Source: Phenylobacterium sp. (GTDB lineage Bacteria; Pseudomonadota; Alphaproteobacteria; Caulobacterales; Caulobacteraceae). Taken from it: a stretch of 64,000 nt of DNA. Shown one piece after another: positions 9,442 to 20,252 of this stretch. The notes under the pieces are model-generated. The model did no database searches and had not been told where the DNA came from. It saw only the letters and a list, made by a program, of their open reading frames with translations. The number at the start of each line of letters is the position of its first letter. Position 1 is the stretch's first letter. The stretch covers positions 102,900 through 166,899 of the forward strand of contig NZ_JBKBSM010000001.1 in the NCBI RefSeq assembly GCF_046291545.1, given 5' to 3'. The position numbers and the translations under genes were made by a program.

Positions 9442-12003
9442 TTGAGCCGCAGCGCCGACCATAGGGGCCGCTGGGCAGGGCTGCTGGCCCTGCTCTTCGG
9501 CGTGCTGCTGCTGGCGAGCCCGGCGGCGGCGCGCGACGTGCTGCGGATCGGCCAGCAGCTCGAGCCGCCGAACCTGGACCCGACCGCCGGCGCCGCGGCG
9601 GCCGTGGACGAGGTGGTCTACGGCAACGTCTTCGAGGGCCTGATCCACATCGGACGCAACGGCGGCGTGGAGCCGCGGCTGGCAGAGTCCTGGGAGATCT
9701 CGCCGGACGGCAGGATCTATGTCTTCCACCTGCGGCGGGGGGTGCGCTTCCACGACGGCGAGCCGTTCGACGCCAGCGTTGTGAAGTTCACCCTGGACCG
9801 GGCGCGGGCGCCGGAGTCCGCCAACGCCCAGAAGGCCAGTTTCGAGGTGATCGAGCGGGTCGATGTGGTGGACGCCCAGACCGTCCGCCTGGTGCTGAAG
9901 CGGCCGGACACGCGCCTGCTCTACGTGCTGGGCTGGGGCGATGCGGTGATGGTTGCGCCCAGGAGCGCCGCCGACAACGCCGTGACCCCGGTCGGGACAG
10001 GCCCCTACCGGTTCGTGGAATGGCGGCGGGGCGAATCGATCACGCTCGAGCGCTTCGCCGACTACTGGGGCCCTGCGCCCCGCATCGGACGGGTGGTGTT
10101 CAAGTTCATCGCCGACCCGACCGCCGCCTTCGCCGCGGTGAAGGCCGGGGACCTGGACGCCTTCCCCAATTTCCCCGCGCCGGAGAACCTGGCCGACCTT
10201 GCCGCCGACCCGCGCTTTCGGGTGGTGGTCGGTTCGACCGAAGGCGAGACGATCCTGGCGCTGAACAACGCCAAGCCGCCCTTCGACAAGCTGAAGGTCC
10301 GCCAGGCGATCAGCTACGCCATCGACCGCAAGGCGATCATCCAGGGGGCGATGTTCGGCTACGGCAAGCCGATCGGCAGCCATTTCCCGCCGCACAGCCC
10401 CGACTATGTCGACCTGACCGGACTCTATCCGCACGATCCGGCCAAGGCGCGGGCGCTGCTGGCGGAAGCGGGCTATCCCGACGGCTTCGAGGCGACGCTG
10501 AAGCTGCCGCCGCCCAGCTACGCCCGGCGGGGCGGGGAAATCGTCGCCGCGCAACTGGCCCAGATCGGCGTTCGGGTGAAGATCGAGAATCTGGAGTGGT
10601 CCCAGTGGCTGGACCAGGTGCTCGGCAACAAGAGCTTCGACATGACCATCGTCTCGCACACCGAGCCGATGGACTACGACATCTATGCGCGGCCGGACTA
10701 CTACTTCGGCTATCGCAGCCCGGCCTACGACGCGCTCATGGCGAAGCTCAACGCCGCCGTGGATCCGGCCGAGCGGCGCGCCCTGCTGGCGCAGATCCAG
10801 CGCAAGCTCGCCGACGATGCGGTGAACGGCTTCCTCTTCCAGTTCCCCAAGCTGAACGTGTGGGACGCCAAGCTGGAAGGCATGTGGGTCGACGCGCCGG
10901 TGCAGGCCAACGAGGCGGCCGAGGCCTGGTACGACGAACCGGGCGCGGCGGCCGCGCCGGCGGCCAGCCGCCGGACCGGCGGCGCGGGCGCCCTGCTCGG
11001 CTATGGCGTCCTCGCCGCCTGTGCGGCCTTCGCCCTCTACGGGTTCCTGCGGCTGGGGGCGGCCTATGTGGCGGGCCGGCTGGTGTCCCTGGCGCTGACC
11101 TTCCTGGCCGCCACGGTGGTCGTCTTCGCACTGATCCAGATCGTGCCGGGCGATCCGGCCGCCTTCATGATGGGGCTGAACGCAAACCCCGAGGCGGTGG
11201 CCGCCCTGCGCGCGCAGATGGGCCTGGATGCGCCGGCGCCCGAGCGTTACCTGACCTGGATCGCGGGCTTGGCGCACGGCGACTTCGGCGCCAGCTACAC
11301 CTACCGCGTGCCGGTGGCCCAGTTGATCGCCGAGCGGATGGCGGTGTCGCTGCCCCTGGCGCTCCTGGCCCTGGCGATCAGCCTGGCCGTGGCCCTGCCG
11401 ATTGGCGTGTTCGCCGCAAGCCGCCGGGGCAAGGCCTCCGACGCCCTGGTGATGGGCGCGACCCAGGTGGGCATGGCGCTTCCCAACTTCTGGCTGGCGA
11501 TGCTGCTGGTGCTGGTGTTCGCCATCGGCCTTCGCTGGCTGCCGGCGGGCGGCTTCCCGGGCTGGGACGCGGGACTCTGGCGCGGGCTGAAGGCGCTGGT
11601 CCTGCCGGCGACCGCGCTGGCCCTGCCGCAGGCGGCGATCCTGGCCCGGGTGCTGCGCTCGGCGCTGGTGGAGACCCTCGGCGAGGACTATGTGCGCACC
11701 GCGCGGGCCAAGGGCCTCTCGGAGAGCCAGGTCATCCGCCGCCACGCCCTGCGCAACGCCATGATCCCGATGCTGACGATCCTGGGCCTGCAGATCCCCT
11801 TCCTGCTGGCCGGGGCGGTGATCGTGGAGAACGTCTTCTTCCTGCCTGGGCTCGGACGTCTGGTGTTCCAGGCGATCACCCAGCGCGACCTGATCGTCGT
11901 GCAGAGCGTGGTGGTGCTGCTGGTCTTCGCCGTGGTGCTGGTGAACTTCCTGGTCGACCTGGGCTATGCGGCCGTCGACCCGCGGCTGAGGCGGGGGCGA
12001 TGA
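9442..12003 (+). CDS. Peptide ABC transporter: family-5 substrate-binding protein fused to a DppB-type permease
   Basis: Signal peptide; LDP..VYEGL-like and GTGPY SBP motifs; Ala-rich linker and one extra TM helix; then PGDPA...RTARAKGL permease, all in one frame. Confidence 0.88.
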   Translation: MSRSADHRGRWAGLLALLFGVLLLASPAAARDVLRIGQQLEPPNLDPTAGAAAAVDEVVYGNVFEGLIHIGRNGGVEPRLAESWEISPDGRIYVFHLRRGVRFHDGEPFDASVVKFTLDRARAPESANAQKASFEVIERVDVVDAQTVRLVLKRPDTRLLYVLGWGDAVMVAPRSAADNAVTPVGTGPYRFVEWRRGESITLERFADYWGPAPRIGRVVFKFIADPTAAFAAVKAGDLDAFPNFPAPENLADLAADPRFRVVVGSTEGETILALNNAKPPFDKLKVRQAISYAIDRKAIIQGAMFGYGKPIGSHFPPHSPDYVDLTGLYPHDPAKARALLAEAGYPDGFEATLKLPPPSYARRGGEIVAAQLAQIGVRVKIENLEWSQWLDQVLGNKSFDMTIVSHTEPMDYDIYARPDYYFGYRSPAYDALMAKLNAAVDPAERRALLAQIQRKLADDAVNGFLFQFPKLNVWDAKLEGMWVDAPVQANEAAEAWYDEPGAAAAPAASRRTGGAGALLGYGVLAACAAFALYGFLRLGAAYVAGRLVSLALTFLAATVVVFALIQIVPGDPAAFMMGLNANPEAVAALRAQMGLDAPAPERYLTWIAGLAHGDFGASYTYRVPVAQLIAERMAVSLPLALLALAISLAVALPIGVFAASRRGKASDALVMGATQVGMALPNFWLAMLLVLVFAIGLRWLPAGGFPGWDAGLWRGLKALVLPATALALPQAAILARVLRSALVETLGEDYVRTARAKGLSESQVIRRHALRNAMIPMLTILGLQIPFLLAGAVIVENVFFLPGLGRLVFQAITQRDLIVVQSVVVLLVFAVVLVNFLVDLGYAAVDPRLRRGR

Positions 12004-12824
12004 GCGCGCTTCGCCGCAACGCCGGCCTCGCCCTGGGCGCGGCCCTGACCCTGGCCTTCCTGTCCGCGGCGCTGCTGTCGTTCGTGTGGACGCCGTACGA
12101 CGTGGCGGATCTCGACATCGCCGGGCGCCTGCAGGCGCCCTCGGCCGCCCACTGGCTGGGCACCGACCACTTCGGCCGGGACGTCGCCTCGATGATCCTG
12201 GTCGGGGCGCGCAATTCCCTGGCGGTGGCCCTGGTGGCGGCGGGGCTGGGCATGCTGGTGGGCGTGCCCGCGGGGCTGGCGGCGGCCGCGCGCAGGGGCT
12301 GGCTGGACGAGCTGGTGATGCGCACCAACGACCTGATCTTCGCCTTCCCCTCGCTCCTGCTGGCGATCATGATCACGGCGGTGGCCGGGCCGGGGGCGGT
12401 CAACGCGATCATCGCCATCGGCGTCTTCAACATCCCGGTGTTCGCCCGGGTGGCGCGGGGCGCGGCCCTGTCGCTGTGGACGCGCGATTACGTGCTGGCG
12501 GCGCGGGTGGCGGGCAAGGGACCGGCGGCGATCTCGCTGCAGCACATCCTGCCCAACATCGCCGGGCTTCTGATCGTGCAGGGCACCATCCAGTTCTCCA
12601 TGGGCGTGCTGGCCGAGGCGGGCCTGTCCTACGTGGGGCTGGGCGCCCAGCCGCCGATCCCGAGCTGGGGCCGGATGCTGAACGAGGCCCAGACCATGAT
12701 CGGCTTCGCCCCGTGGCTGGCGATCTTCCCGGGGCTGGCGGTGGTGACCACGGTGATCGGCCTCAACCTCCTGGGCGACGGGCTGCGCGACGCCCTGGAC
12801 CCCAAGCTCGACCGGAGCCGCTGA
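12000..12824 (+). CDS. Peptide ABC transporter permease (DppC-type)
   Basis: HWLGTDHFGRDV, HILPN, EAGLSYVGLG, SWGRML, NLLGDGLRDALDP; ATGA overlap. Confidence 0.93.
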   Translation: MSALRRNAGLALGAALTLAFLSAALLSFVWTPYDVADLDIAGRLQAPSAAHWLGTDHFGRDVASMILVGARNSLAVALVAAGLGMLVGVPAGLAAAARRGWLDELVMRTNDLIFAFPSLLLAIMITAVAGPGAVNAIIAIGVFNIPVFARVARGAALSLWTRDYVLAARVAGKGPAAISLQHILPNIAGLLIVQGTIQFSMGVLAEAGLSYVGLGAQPPIPSWGRMLNEAQTMIGFAPWLAIFPGLAVVTTVIGLNLLGDGLRDALDPKLDRSR

Positions 12825-12825
12825 G

Positions 12826-14433
<1,608 letters not shown>

Positions 14434-14498
14434 GCCCCGCCGCCAGATCCGGCCCCGCGCCTGCAGCGGGTGTCGGGCGGCGGCGCACGGGAAAGCCC

Positions 14499-15503
14499 CT
14501 AGCCCTTGAGCGCCTCGTGTACGCCGCGGGCGATGGCGCGGGCGGTGCAGTCGGCGGCGGCCGAGCCGATCGCGGCGAGGCGGACGGCGCGATCGTCGCC
14601 GTGGCCTATCGAGCAGGCGCCGGTGGCGATGGCGAACAGGGTGTCGCCGTCGAAGGGCATGTGCGCCGGCCGCACCGCCCGGGCGAGGCCGTCGTGGGCC
14701 ATCATCGCCAGGCGCTTGCATTCGGCGGTGGTGAGGTCGGCGGTGGTGGCGACGACGCCGATGGTGGTGGCCGCGCCCGGTTGCAGGCGCCCCAGGCTGG
14801 CCAGCCGGCCGTCGTCGGGCACCGGGTCGATGGCGCCGACCGCGGGGTCGGGCCGGCCGCCGCCGAACTCCCCGTCGATCTCGAAGGGCCAGGCCCAGAA
14901 GGCGCGGCCGTCGGGGGTCATCACCGAGCCCACGGGATTGGCGACGATCAGCGCCCCCGCCACAAGGCCCCCGCCCATGTCCAGGGAGGCCGAGCCGACC
15001 CCGCCCTTGATCAGGCCGGCCATGGCGCCCAGTCCTGCGCCCGCCGAGCCCAGGGCGAACTGCGGCCCGGCGGCGTCCAGCGAAGCCATGCCGAGGCGGC
15101 GGTAGGGCGGATCCAGCCCCCAGGCCTTGTCCCCCGGGTTGGCGAGGTCGTGCAGGACCGCGGCGGGGACGATGGGGATGGCCGGAGACCCGGGCTTGAG
15201 ATGCAGACCGACGCCGCGGGCGGACAGGGCGGCGACCACCCCGTCGGCGGCGGCGAGGCCGAACACCGAACCGCCGGACAGAACGACGGCATGGGCGCGG
15301 CCGACCAGGTTCTCGGCCGCCAGGGTCTCGGTCTCCCGCACGCCGGGCCCGCCGCCGCGCACGTCGACGGAGGCGTTGTAGAAGCCCTCGCAGACCAGGG
15401 TGGTGACGCCGGTGCCGGCGGCGGAGTCGTCGGCGTGGCCGACCATGAGGCCGGCCACGTCGGTGATCAGGTTCCGGGGCCCGGGGCGGGGAAGCTGGCG
15501 CAT
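14499..15503 (-). CDS. DmpA/NylC-family (peptidase S58/P1) hydrolase, cytoplasmic copy
   Basis: NLITDVAGL.VGH, DVRGGGPG.RET, GGSVFGL, DGLARA, DGDTLFA; ATG 15503. Confidence 0.9.
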   Translation of the reverse strand: MRQLPRPGPRNLITDVAGLMVGHADDSAAGTGVTTLVCEGFYNASVDVRGGGPGVRETETLAAENLVGRAHAVVLSGGSVFGLAAADGVVAALSARGVGLHLKPGSPAIPIVPAAVLHDLANPGDKAWGLDPPYRRLGMASLDAAGPQFALGSAGAGLGAMAGLIKGGVGSASLDMGGGLVAGALIVANPVGSVMTPDGRAFWAWPFEIDGEFGGGRPDPAVGAIDPVPDDGRLASLGRLQPGAATTIGVVATTADLTTAECKRLAMMAHDGLARAVRPAHMPFDGDTLFAIATGACSIGHGDDRAVRLAAIGSAAADCTARAIARGVHEALKG

Positions 15504-15547
15504 GTCCGCGCCCTTCTGCCTCCTCGCGCCCGGGATGGAAAGCGGCC

Positions 15548-17737
15548 TCAGTAGGCGTAGGTCAGCCGCACCCCGTAGGTGCGCGGCGTGCCCCGCTGAC
15601 CCACCTCGGCTTCGGTGAAGAAGTTCCGGGTGAGGTCGTACTCCTCGTCGAACAGGTTGCGCACCCAGATCGACGCGCCCCAGGGGCCGTCGGCCGGCGT
15701 CACGCCGATGCTGGCGTTGGCCAGCCAGTAGGCCGGGATGTCGTACTTCTCGCCCAGCCAGGAGACCTGGTCGTCGCGCCAGCTGTAGTTCAGCTCGGAC
15801 CGGACCACGAAGTCGCCGACGTCCGCCGTGTAGGCGACGGAGCCGCCGTAGGTCCACTTGCCGAAGGGGATCTCCTGGCCGGACTTGTCGATGTAGACCT
15901 CCACGCCGGCGGCGCGGGTGGCGGGCACGTCGAGATCGCGGAACTCCTTGAACTCGCCGTCCTTGTAGCTGGCGCTCTGGCTGATGGTCAGGCCCGCGGT
16001 GGGGGCCCACACCAGCTCAAGCTCGCCGCCCCAGATCTCCGACTTGGGCGCGTTGACGAAACTGCCGACCAGCCCGTTGGCGGTGAGCCGGGCCGAGAGG
16101 ACCTGCTGGTCGCGGTAGTCGTAGAAGAAGGCCGCGCCGTTGAACTGCAGGGCCGCGGTCGGGTTGGTCTTGAAGCCGACCTCGTAGGCGTAGAGCGTCT
16201 CCGGCTTGAAGGCGGCGATCGCCGCGCGGTTGGCCGTGTTGTAGGTGGTGAAGCCCCCCGACTTCACGCCCTTGCTGGCCGAGGCGTAGATCAGGACGTC
16301 GGCCATCGGCTTGTATTCGAGCGCGATCTTCCCGGTGGTCGGGTTCATGTCGGTCTCGACCGAGCTCTCCGGCAGGGCCGTGGCGCCGCCGAAGGCCGAG
16401 GTGAAGTCCTGCAGCTCGCGGGTCTCCTCCTCGTAGCGCAGGCCGCCGATCAGCTTCCACTGGTCGTTGAAGGCGTATTCGGCCTGGCCGAAGACGCTCG
16501 CGGAGGTCACTTCCTGGGTGTAGCGGACGCGGGCGGTGAGGCCGTAGTTATCCAGGAAGTCGGAGTAGTAGCGCTCGCGCAGGACCTGACGGGAGACATA
16601 GACCCCGGCCACCCACTGCAGCGGCCCCTCGGTGTTGGACGCCAGGCGCAGCTCGTCCGACCAGACCTTCACCTTGGAGCCGAAGAAGACGTCGGCGGCG
16701 ATGGAGGAGGAGGCGTCGTAGTCGCCGTATTCCTCGCGGTGCAGGTAGTCGTAGGCGGCGATGTTGGTGAGCTTGACCGCCCCCAGGTCCCAGGAGGCGT
16801 TGGCCGAGGCGCCCCAGGTCTTGTTGTCGCGGCCAGGCTTGGAATCGACTTCCAGGCGGGTGTCGGCGACGAGGCCGGGCGAGATGCTCCAGCCGGTGCC
16901 GGTGGTGTCGGTGTCGGCCGGGATGGTCGGGCCGGCGCCGAAGCGGGTGGAGAACGGCTCAGTCAGGTAGAGGCCGATGTTCTCGGACTTGTCGATGCCG
17001 GCGTGAACGTCGAGCATCACGCCCAGGTTCGGCGTCACATCGATGTCGAGCATCGCCCGGGCCGCGACCTTGTCGGCGTCGCCCAGGGAATCGCCGGTTT
17101 CCCGGTTGTGCTGCCAGGCGCCGCCCTGCTCGGTCCCGAAGGACAGGCGGCCGCGGATCGATTCGCTGATCGGGCCGGAGATGTAGCCCTCGGCCTTCAG
17201 CGCCTCGAATCGGCCGAACTCCACCGAAGCGCCGGCCGCCACTTCGGCGGTGGGCATGCCGGTGATGAAGTTGATCGCCCCGCCGGTGGTGTTGCGGCCG
17301 TAGAGCGTGCCCTGCGGCCCGCGCAGCACCTCGACCCGCTGGACGTCGAAGATCAGACCCTGGGTCATGACCGGGATCGGATAGGCGACCTCGTTCACAT
17401 AGACGCCGACGGTGGGCGTGTTGTTGGTGGCGTAGTCCTGGAAGCCGACGCCGCGCAGGCGGAACTGGGCCGCGCCCGAGCCGAAGGCGGGCTCGATGTC
17501 CAGGCTCGGCGTCGCGGTCTGCAGCTGATTGACGTTGGTGATGCCCCGCTGGGCGAGGTCGTCGCCGCCGAGCACGGACAGGGCGATGCCCACGTCCTGG
17601 GCCGCCTGCTCCCGCCGCTGGGCCGTGACCACGATTTCTTCGACCGAGGCCTCGGCGGGCCTGGCCTGCGCCGCAGCGGCCCCGGCATGGGCGGCGCCCA
17701 CGATCCCGACGGCTGCGCTCACTAGGAAACGCTTCAT
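15548..17737 (-). CDS. TonB-dependent receptor
   Basis: Signal peptide, EEIVVTAQRR, RVEVLRGPQGTLYGRNTTGGAINF plug, C-terminal PRTYGVRLTYAY. Confidence 0.95.
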   Translation of the reverse strand: MKRFLVSAAVGIVGAAHAGAAAAQARPAEASVEEIVVTAQRREQAAQDVGIALSVLGGDDLAQRGITNVNQLQTATPSLDIEPAFGSGAAQFRLRGVGFQDYATNNTPTVGVYVNEVAYPIPVMTQGLIFDVQRVEVLRGPQGTLYGRNTTGGAINFITGMPTAEVAAGASVEFGRFEALKAEGYISGPISESIRGRLSFGTEQGGAWQHNRETGDSLGDADKVAARAMLDIDVTPNLGVMLDVHAGIDKSENIGLYLTEPFSTRFGAGPTIPADTDTTGTGWSISPGLVADTRLEVDSKPGRDNKTWGASANASWDLGAVKLTNIAAYDYLHREEYGDYDASSSIAADVFFGSKVKVWSDELRLASNTEGPLQWVAGVYVSRQVLRERYYSDFLDNYGLTARVRYTQEVTSASVFGQAEYAFNDQWKLIGGLRYEEETRELQDFTSAFGGATALPESSVETDMNPTTGKIALEYKPMADVLIYASASKGVKSGGFTTYNTANRAAIAAFKPETLYAYEVGFKTNPTAALQFNGAAFFYDYRDQQVLSARLTANGLVGSFVNAPKSEIWGGELELVWAPTAGLTISQSASYKDGEFKEFRDLDVPATRAAGVEVYIDKSGQEIPFGKWTYGGSVAYTADVGDFVVRSELNYSWRDDQVSWLGEKYDIPAYWLANASIGVTPADGPWGASIWVRNLFDEEYDLTRNFFTEAEVGQRGTPRTYGVRLTYAY

Positions 17738-18184
17738 GACTATCCCCGTTCTTCGACGCGCCTGCGCGCGCTCGCGACATGCTCCTCTGGAGCCCATTGG
17801 CCCGCCCGCCGGCGGCGGGACGAGCCTCTCCAGTCTAACCGCTCGATGAAGGATTCTTGAAGACTTACCGGCGTCGAGCGTTGGATGGCTAACAATCAGG
17901 CCTGTTCACGGTCAACGCGCCGAATACAGAACCTCCCCAAGATTCCATTTTTCGACCAATAAAATTGCGCACCCATCCAAATGCTAAGCAACAATATTTC
18001 GAGGGCGGGCTTTTATCGACGAATTCAATCACGTAAGGAGAAGCGGCCGGGTGGGGCAAGTAAGCACCCGCCACGTTCCTTCGCTCTAGTTGTTCGACGG
18101 CATGATCACTCGGCCGCAAGGCGGCGAACAGACTATTTGTTTGAATCGCCAAGCCATTGATTTTGCCCAACTAATGTCGCGACA

Positions 18185-18202
18185 TGCTCAATATTCCGAG
18201 CA
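18185..18202. promoter_or_regulatory. TGCTCAATATTCCGAGCA, candidate XRE-cupin operator (site 2)
   Basis: Two mismatches to the site-1 palindrome; at the far end of the AT-rich region upstream of the TonB receptor. Confidence 0.55.
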
Positions 18203-18230
18203 GGGACATCGTCCGTGGACCGCGCGCGGT

Positions 18231-18779
18231 TCAGAAGGTTGGCGGCGTGCAGGCGCTGACGACGATGCAGACGCCGTCGCCGACGTTGCGGAACCGGTGA
18301 GGGATGGTGCTCTTGAAAAGATAAGCCTCGCCGGCCTTCAGCACCCGGGTCTGCTCGCCGACGGTCACCTCGAGACGACCCTGGATGATGACGCCGCCCT
18401 CTTCACCCTCATGGGTGAGCATCACGCGGCCGCTGTCCGATCCGGGCTGGTAGGTCTCGTAGAGGATCTGCAGGGTGGATAGGCCGTTTCCCGCGCCGAC
18501 CTGCCGGTAAGACACGTCGCCGCTTGAGATTTCCGCCAGCTCGTCGGCGCGGAAGAAGACCTGGGCCTCGGTCTTCAGCTCGAAGCTGAAGAACTCGGCC
18601 AGGGACAGGCCGGCGGCGTCGAGCAGCCGCTTGAGCGAGCCGATCGAGGGATTGGTCCGGCCGCCCTCGATCAGGGAGACGGTGCTGGACGGCACGCCGG
18701 CCCGGCGGGCCAGGGCGCGCTGGGTGATGCCCAGCCGCGTGCGCACCGTACGCAGCCGCGCGCCGACTTCCTGGTCCAT
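18231..18779 (-). CDS. XRE-HTH/cupin transcriptional regulator, PuuR/PauR-like
   Basis: HTH 'QRALARRAGV..STVSLIEGG.TNPSIGSL', cupin 'HEGEEGGVIIQG', 'PHRFRN...TPPTF'. Confidence 0.88.
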   Translation of the reverse strand: MDQEVGARLRTVRTRLGITQRALARRAGVPSSTVSLIEGGRTNPSIGSLKRLLDAAGLSLAEFFSFELKTEAQVFFRADELAEISSGDVSYRQVGAGNGLSTLQILYETYQPGSDSGRVMLTHEGEEGGVIIQGRLEVTVGEQTRVLKAGEAYLFKSTIPHRFRNVGDGVCIVVSACTPPTF

Positions 18780-18797
18780 GGGCGCCTCCGATCAGCC

Positions 18798-18815
18798 TGC
18801 TCAAAACGATGAGCG
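18798..18815. promoter_or_regulatory. TGCTCAAAACGATGAGCG, candidate XRE-cupin operator (site 3, autoregulatory position)
   Basis: Two mismatches to site 1; about 19 bp upstream of the regulator start. Confidence 0.6.
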
Positions 18816-19061
18816 ATCCGGCCAGAATGATGCGCTAATCAGCGATCTAGCCATCGCAAATAATAGGGTTGCGACTGCAGGAACAGTCGGGCCGAATGCT
18901 GTGCGCATGTGTCGTCCGCAGGGCGGGATGGTCAGATCGCAGGCACGGCCCCCCGGCCGGCCGCGCGCGGACGCCTCCACCCCGGCGGGACCCGCAAACC
19001 GGTTGCGCCGCCGCGCGAACCTGACTTCAACCGAGCCCTCGCCCCCAGTCCGGAGCACCAG

Positions 19062-20195
19062 ATGAACCGCCGCGCCCTTCTCGCCTCCCTGATGACCGCG
19101 GCCGCGGGGGCTTCGGCCGCCCGCGCCGCCGAGTCGGCGCCGCCGCGGGCCGTGATGCTCCCGGGCAAGGCCGGTCCCCTGAACCTGATCACCGACGTGC
19201 CCGGGCTGAAGGTGGGCCAGGCCGAGGACGCCAAGGCCCGCACCGGGGTGACCGTGATCCTGCCCGACGAGGCGGCGGTGGCGGCGGTGGACGTGCGCGG
19301 CGGCGGCCCGGGCACCCGCGAGACCGACGCCCTGGACGTGGAGAACCTGGCCCACGTGGCGCACGCGATCTGCCTGTCCGGCGGCTCGGTCTACGGCCTG
19401 GCGGCGGCGGACGGGGTCTGCGCCTGGCTGGGCGCCCAGGGACGCGGCTTCGGCATGGGCGCCCTGCCGCCGGGGGCGCCGCCCTCGCCGATCGTGCCGG
19501 CCGCGATCCTGTTCGACATCCCCAACGGCGGCGACAAGAACTGGGGCCTCGAGCCGCCTTATCGCCGCCTCGGCCTGGAAGCGGTGCAGGCGACGGGGAC
19601 GATGTTCAAGCTGGGCACCGCCGGCGCCGGCTACGGCGCGCGCTCGGGCGGGTTGAAGGGCGGGCTCGGCTCGGCCTCGGCGGTCAGCGCCGACGGGATG
19701 ACCGTGGGCGCGATCGTGGCGGTCAACAGCGCCGGCTCGGTGCTGGCGCCCGGCACCCGGCAGTTCTGGGCCGCGCCGCTGGAGATCGGCCGGGAGTTCG
19801 GCGGTCTCGGCGTCGACCGCCTCGCAGCCCTTCCCGACGAGTGGGGCCCGGCCAAGGCCGACCCGCAGGCGCGCCAGAACACCACAATCGCCTGCATCGC
19901 CACGGACGTGCGGCTGGAGCCCGGCGAGATCAAGCGGGTGGCCATCATGGCCCAGGACGGCCTGGCCCGCGCCATCCGTCCGATCCATGCTCCGTTCGAC
20001 GGCGACGTTGTCTTCGCCCTGTCCACCGGCAAGCGCGAGGCGGCCGAGCCGCGCGCCTTCACCGTGGCGCGAATCGGGGCCCTGGCCGCCGACGTCCTCG
20101 CCCGGGCCGTGGCCCGCGGCGTCTACGAGGCGACCACCTGGCCCGGAAGCCCGACCAAGGCCTGGCGCGACCTGCCGGCGGACGCAAATCCTTAA
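19062..20195 (+). CDS. DmpA/NylC-family hydrolase with Tat-like signal (periplasmic copy)
   Basis: MNRRALL twin-Arg leader ending in AARA; NLITDVPGL, DVRGGGPGTRET, QNTTIACIATD, DGDVVFA. Confidence 0.9.
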   Translation: MNRRALLASLMTAAAGASAARAAESAPPRAVMLPGKAGPLNLITDVPGLKVGQAEDAKARTGVTVILPDEAAVAAVDVRGGGPGTRETDALDVENLAHVAHAICLSGGSVYGLAAADGVCAWLGAQGRGFGMGALPPGAPPSPIVPAAILFDIPNGGDKNWGLEPPYRRLGLEAVQATGTMFKLGTAGAGYGARSGGLKGGLGSASAVSADGMTVGAIVAVNSAGSVLAPGTRQFWAAPLEIGREFGGLGVDRLAALPDEWGPAKADPQARQNTTIACIATDVRLEPGEIKRVAIMAQDGLARAIRPIHAPFDGDVVFALSTGKREAAEPRAFTVARIGALAADVLARAVARGVYEATTWPGSPTKAWRDLPADANP

Positions 20196-20206
20196 CGAGC
20201 GGTTAG
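20192..20206. promoter_or_regulatory. CtrA-like box TTAA-N7-TTAG
   Basis: One mismatch to TTAA-N7-TTAA; upstream of flagellar-type genes and overlapping the preceding stop codon. Confidence 0.45.
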
Positions 20207-20252
20207 GGGCGCTCGCCTAGCCTGGCCGGGCAGAACTTGACGAGGCAGACCC

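Noticed and set aside
17770-17840. Glycine riboswitch in the TonB receptor leader (CTGGAGAG on the minus strand)
   Set aside because: The CCGAAG and CUCUCAGG core elements are missing
17889-18170. 93-aa minus-strand ORF as a real gene or LysR fragment
   Set aside because: TTG start without an RBS, atypical composition and only vague resemblance; kept only as part of the AT-rich-region finding
18854-18874. Inverted repeat TCGCAA-N9-TTGCGA as a second Fur box
   Set aside because: The arms are in the opposite order and the spacing differs from the 26933 box; single occurrence
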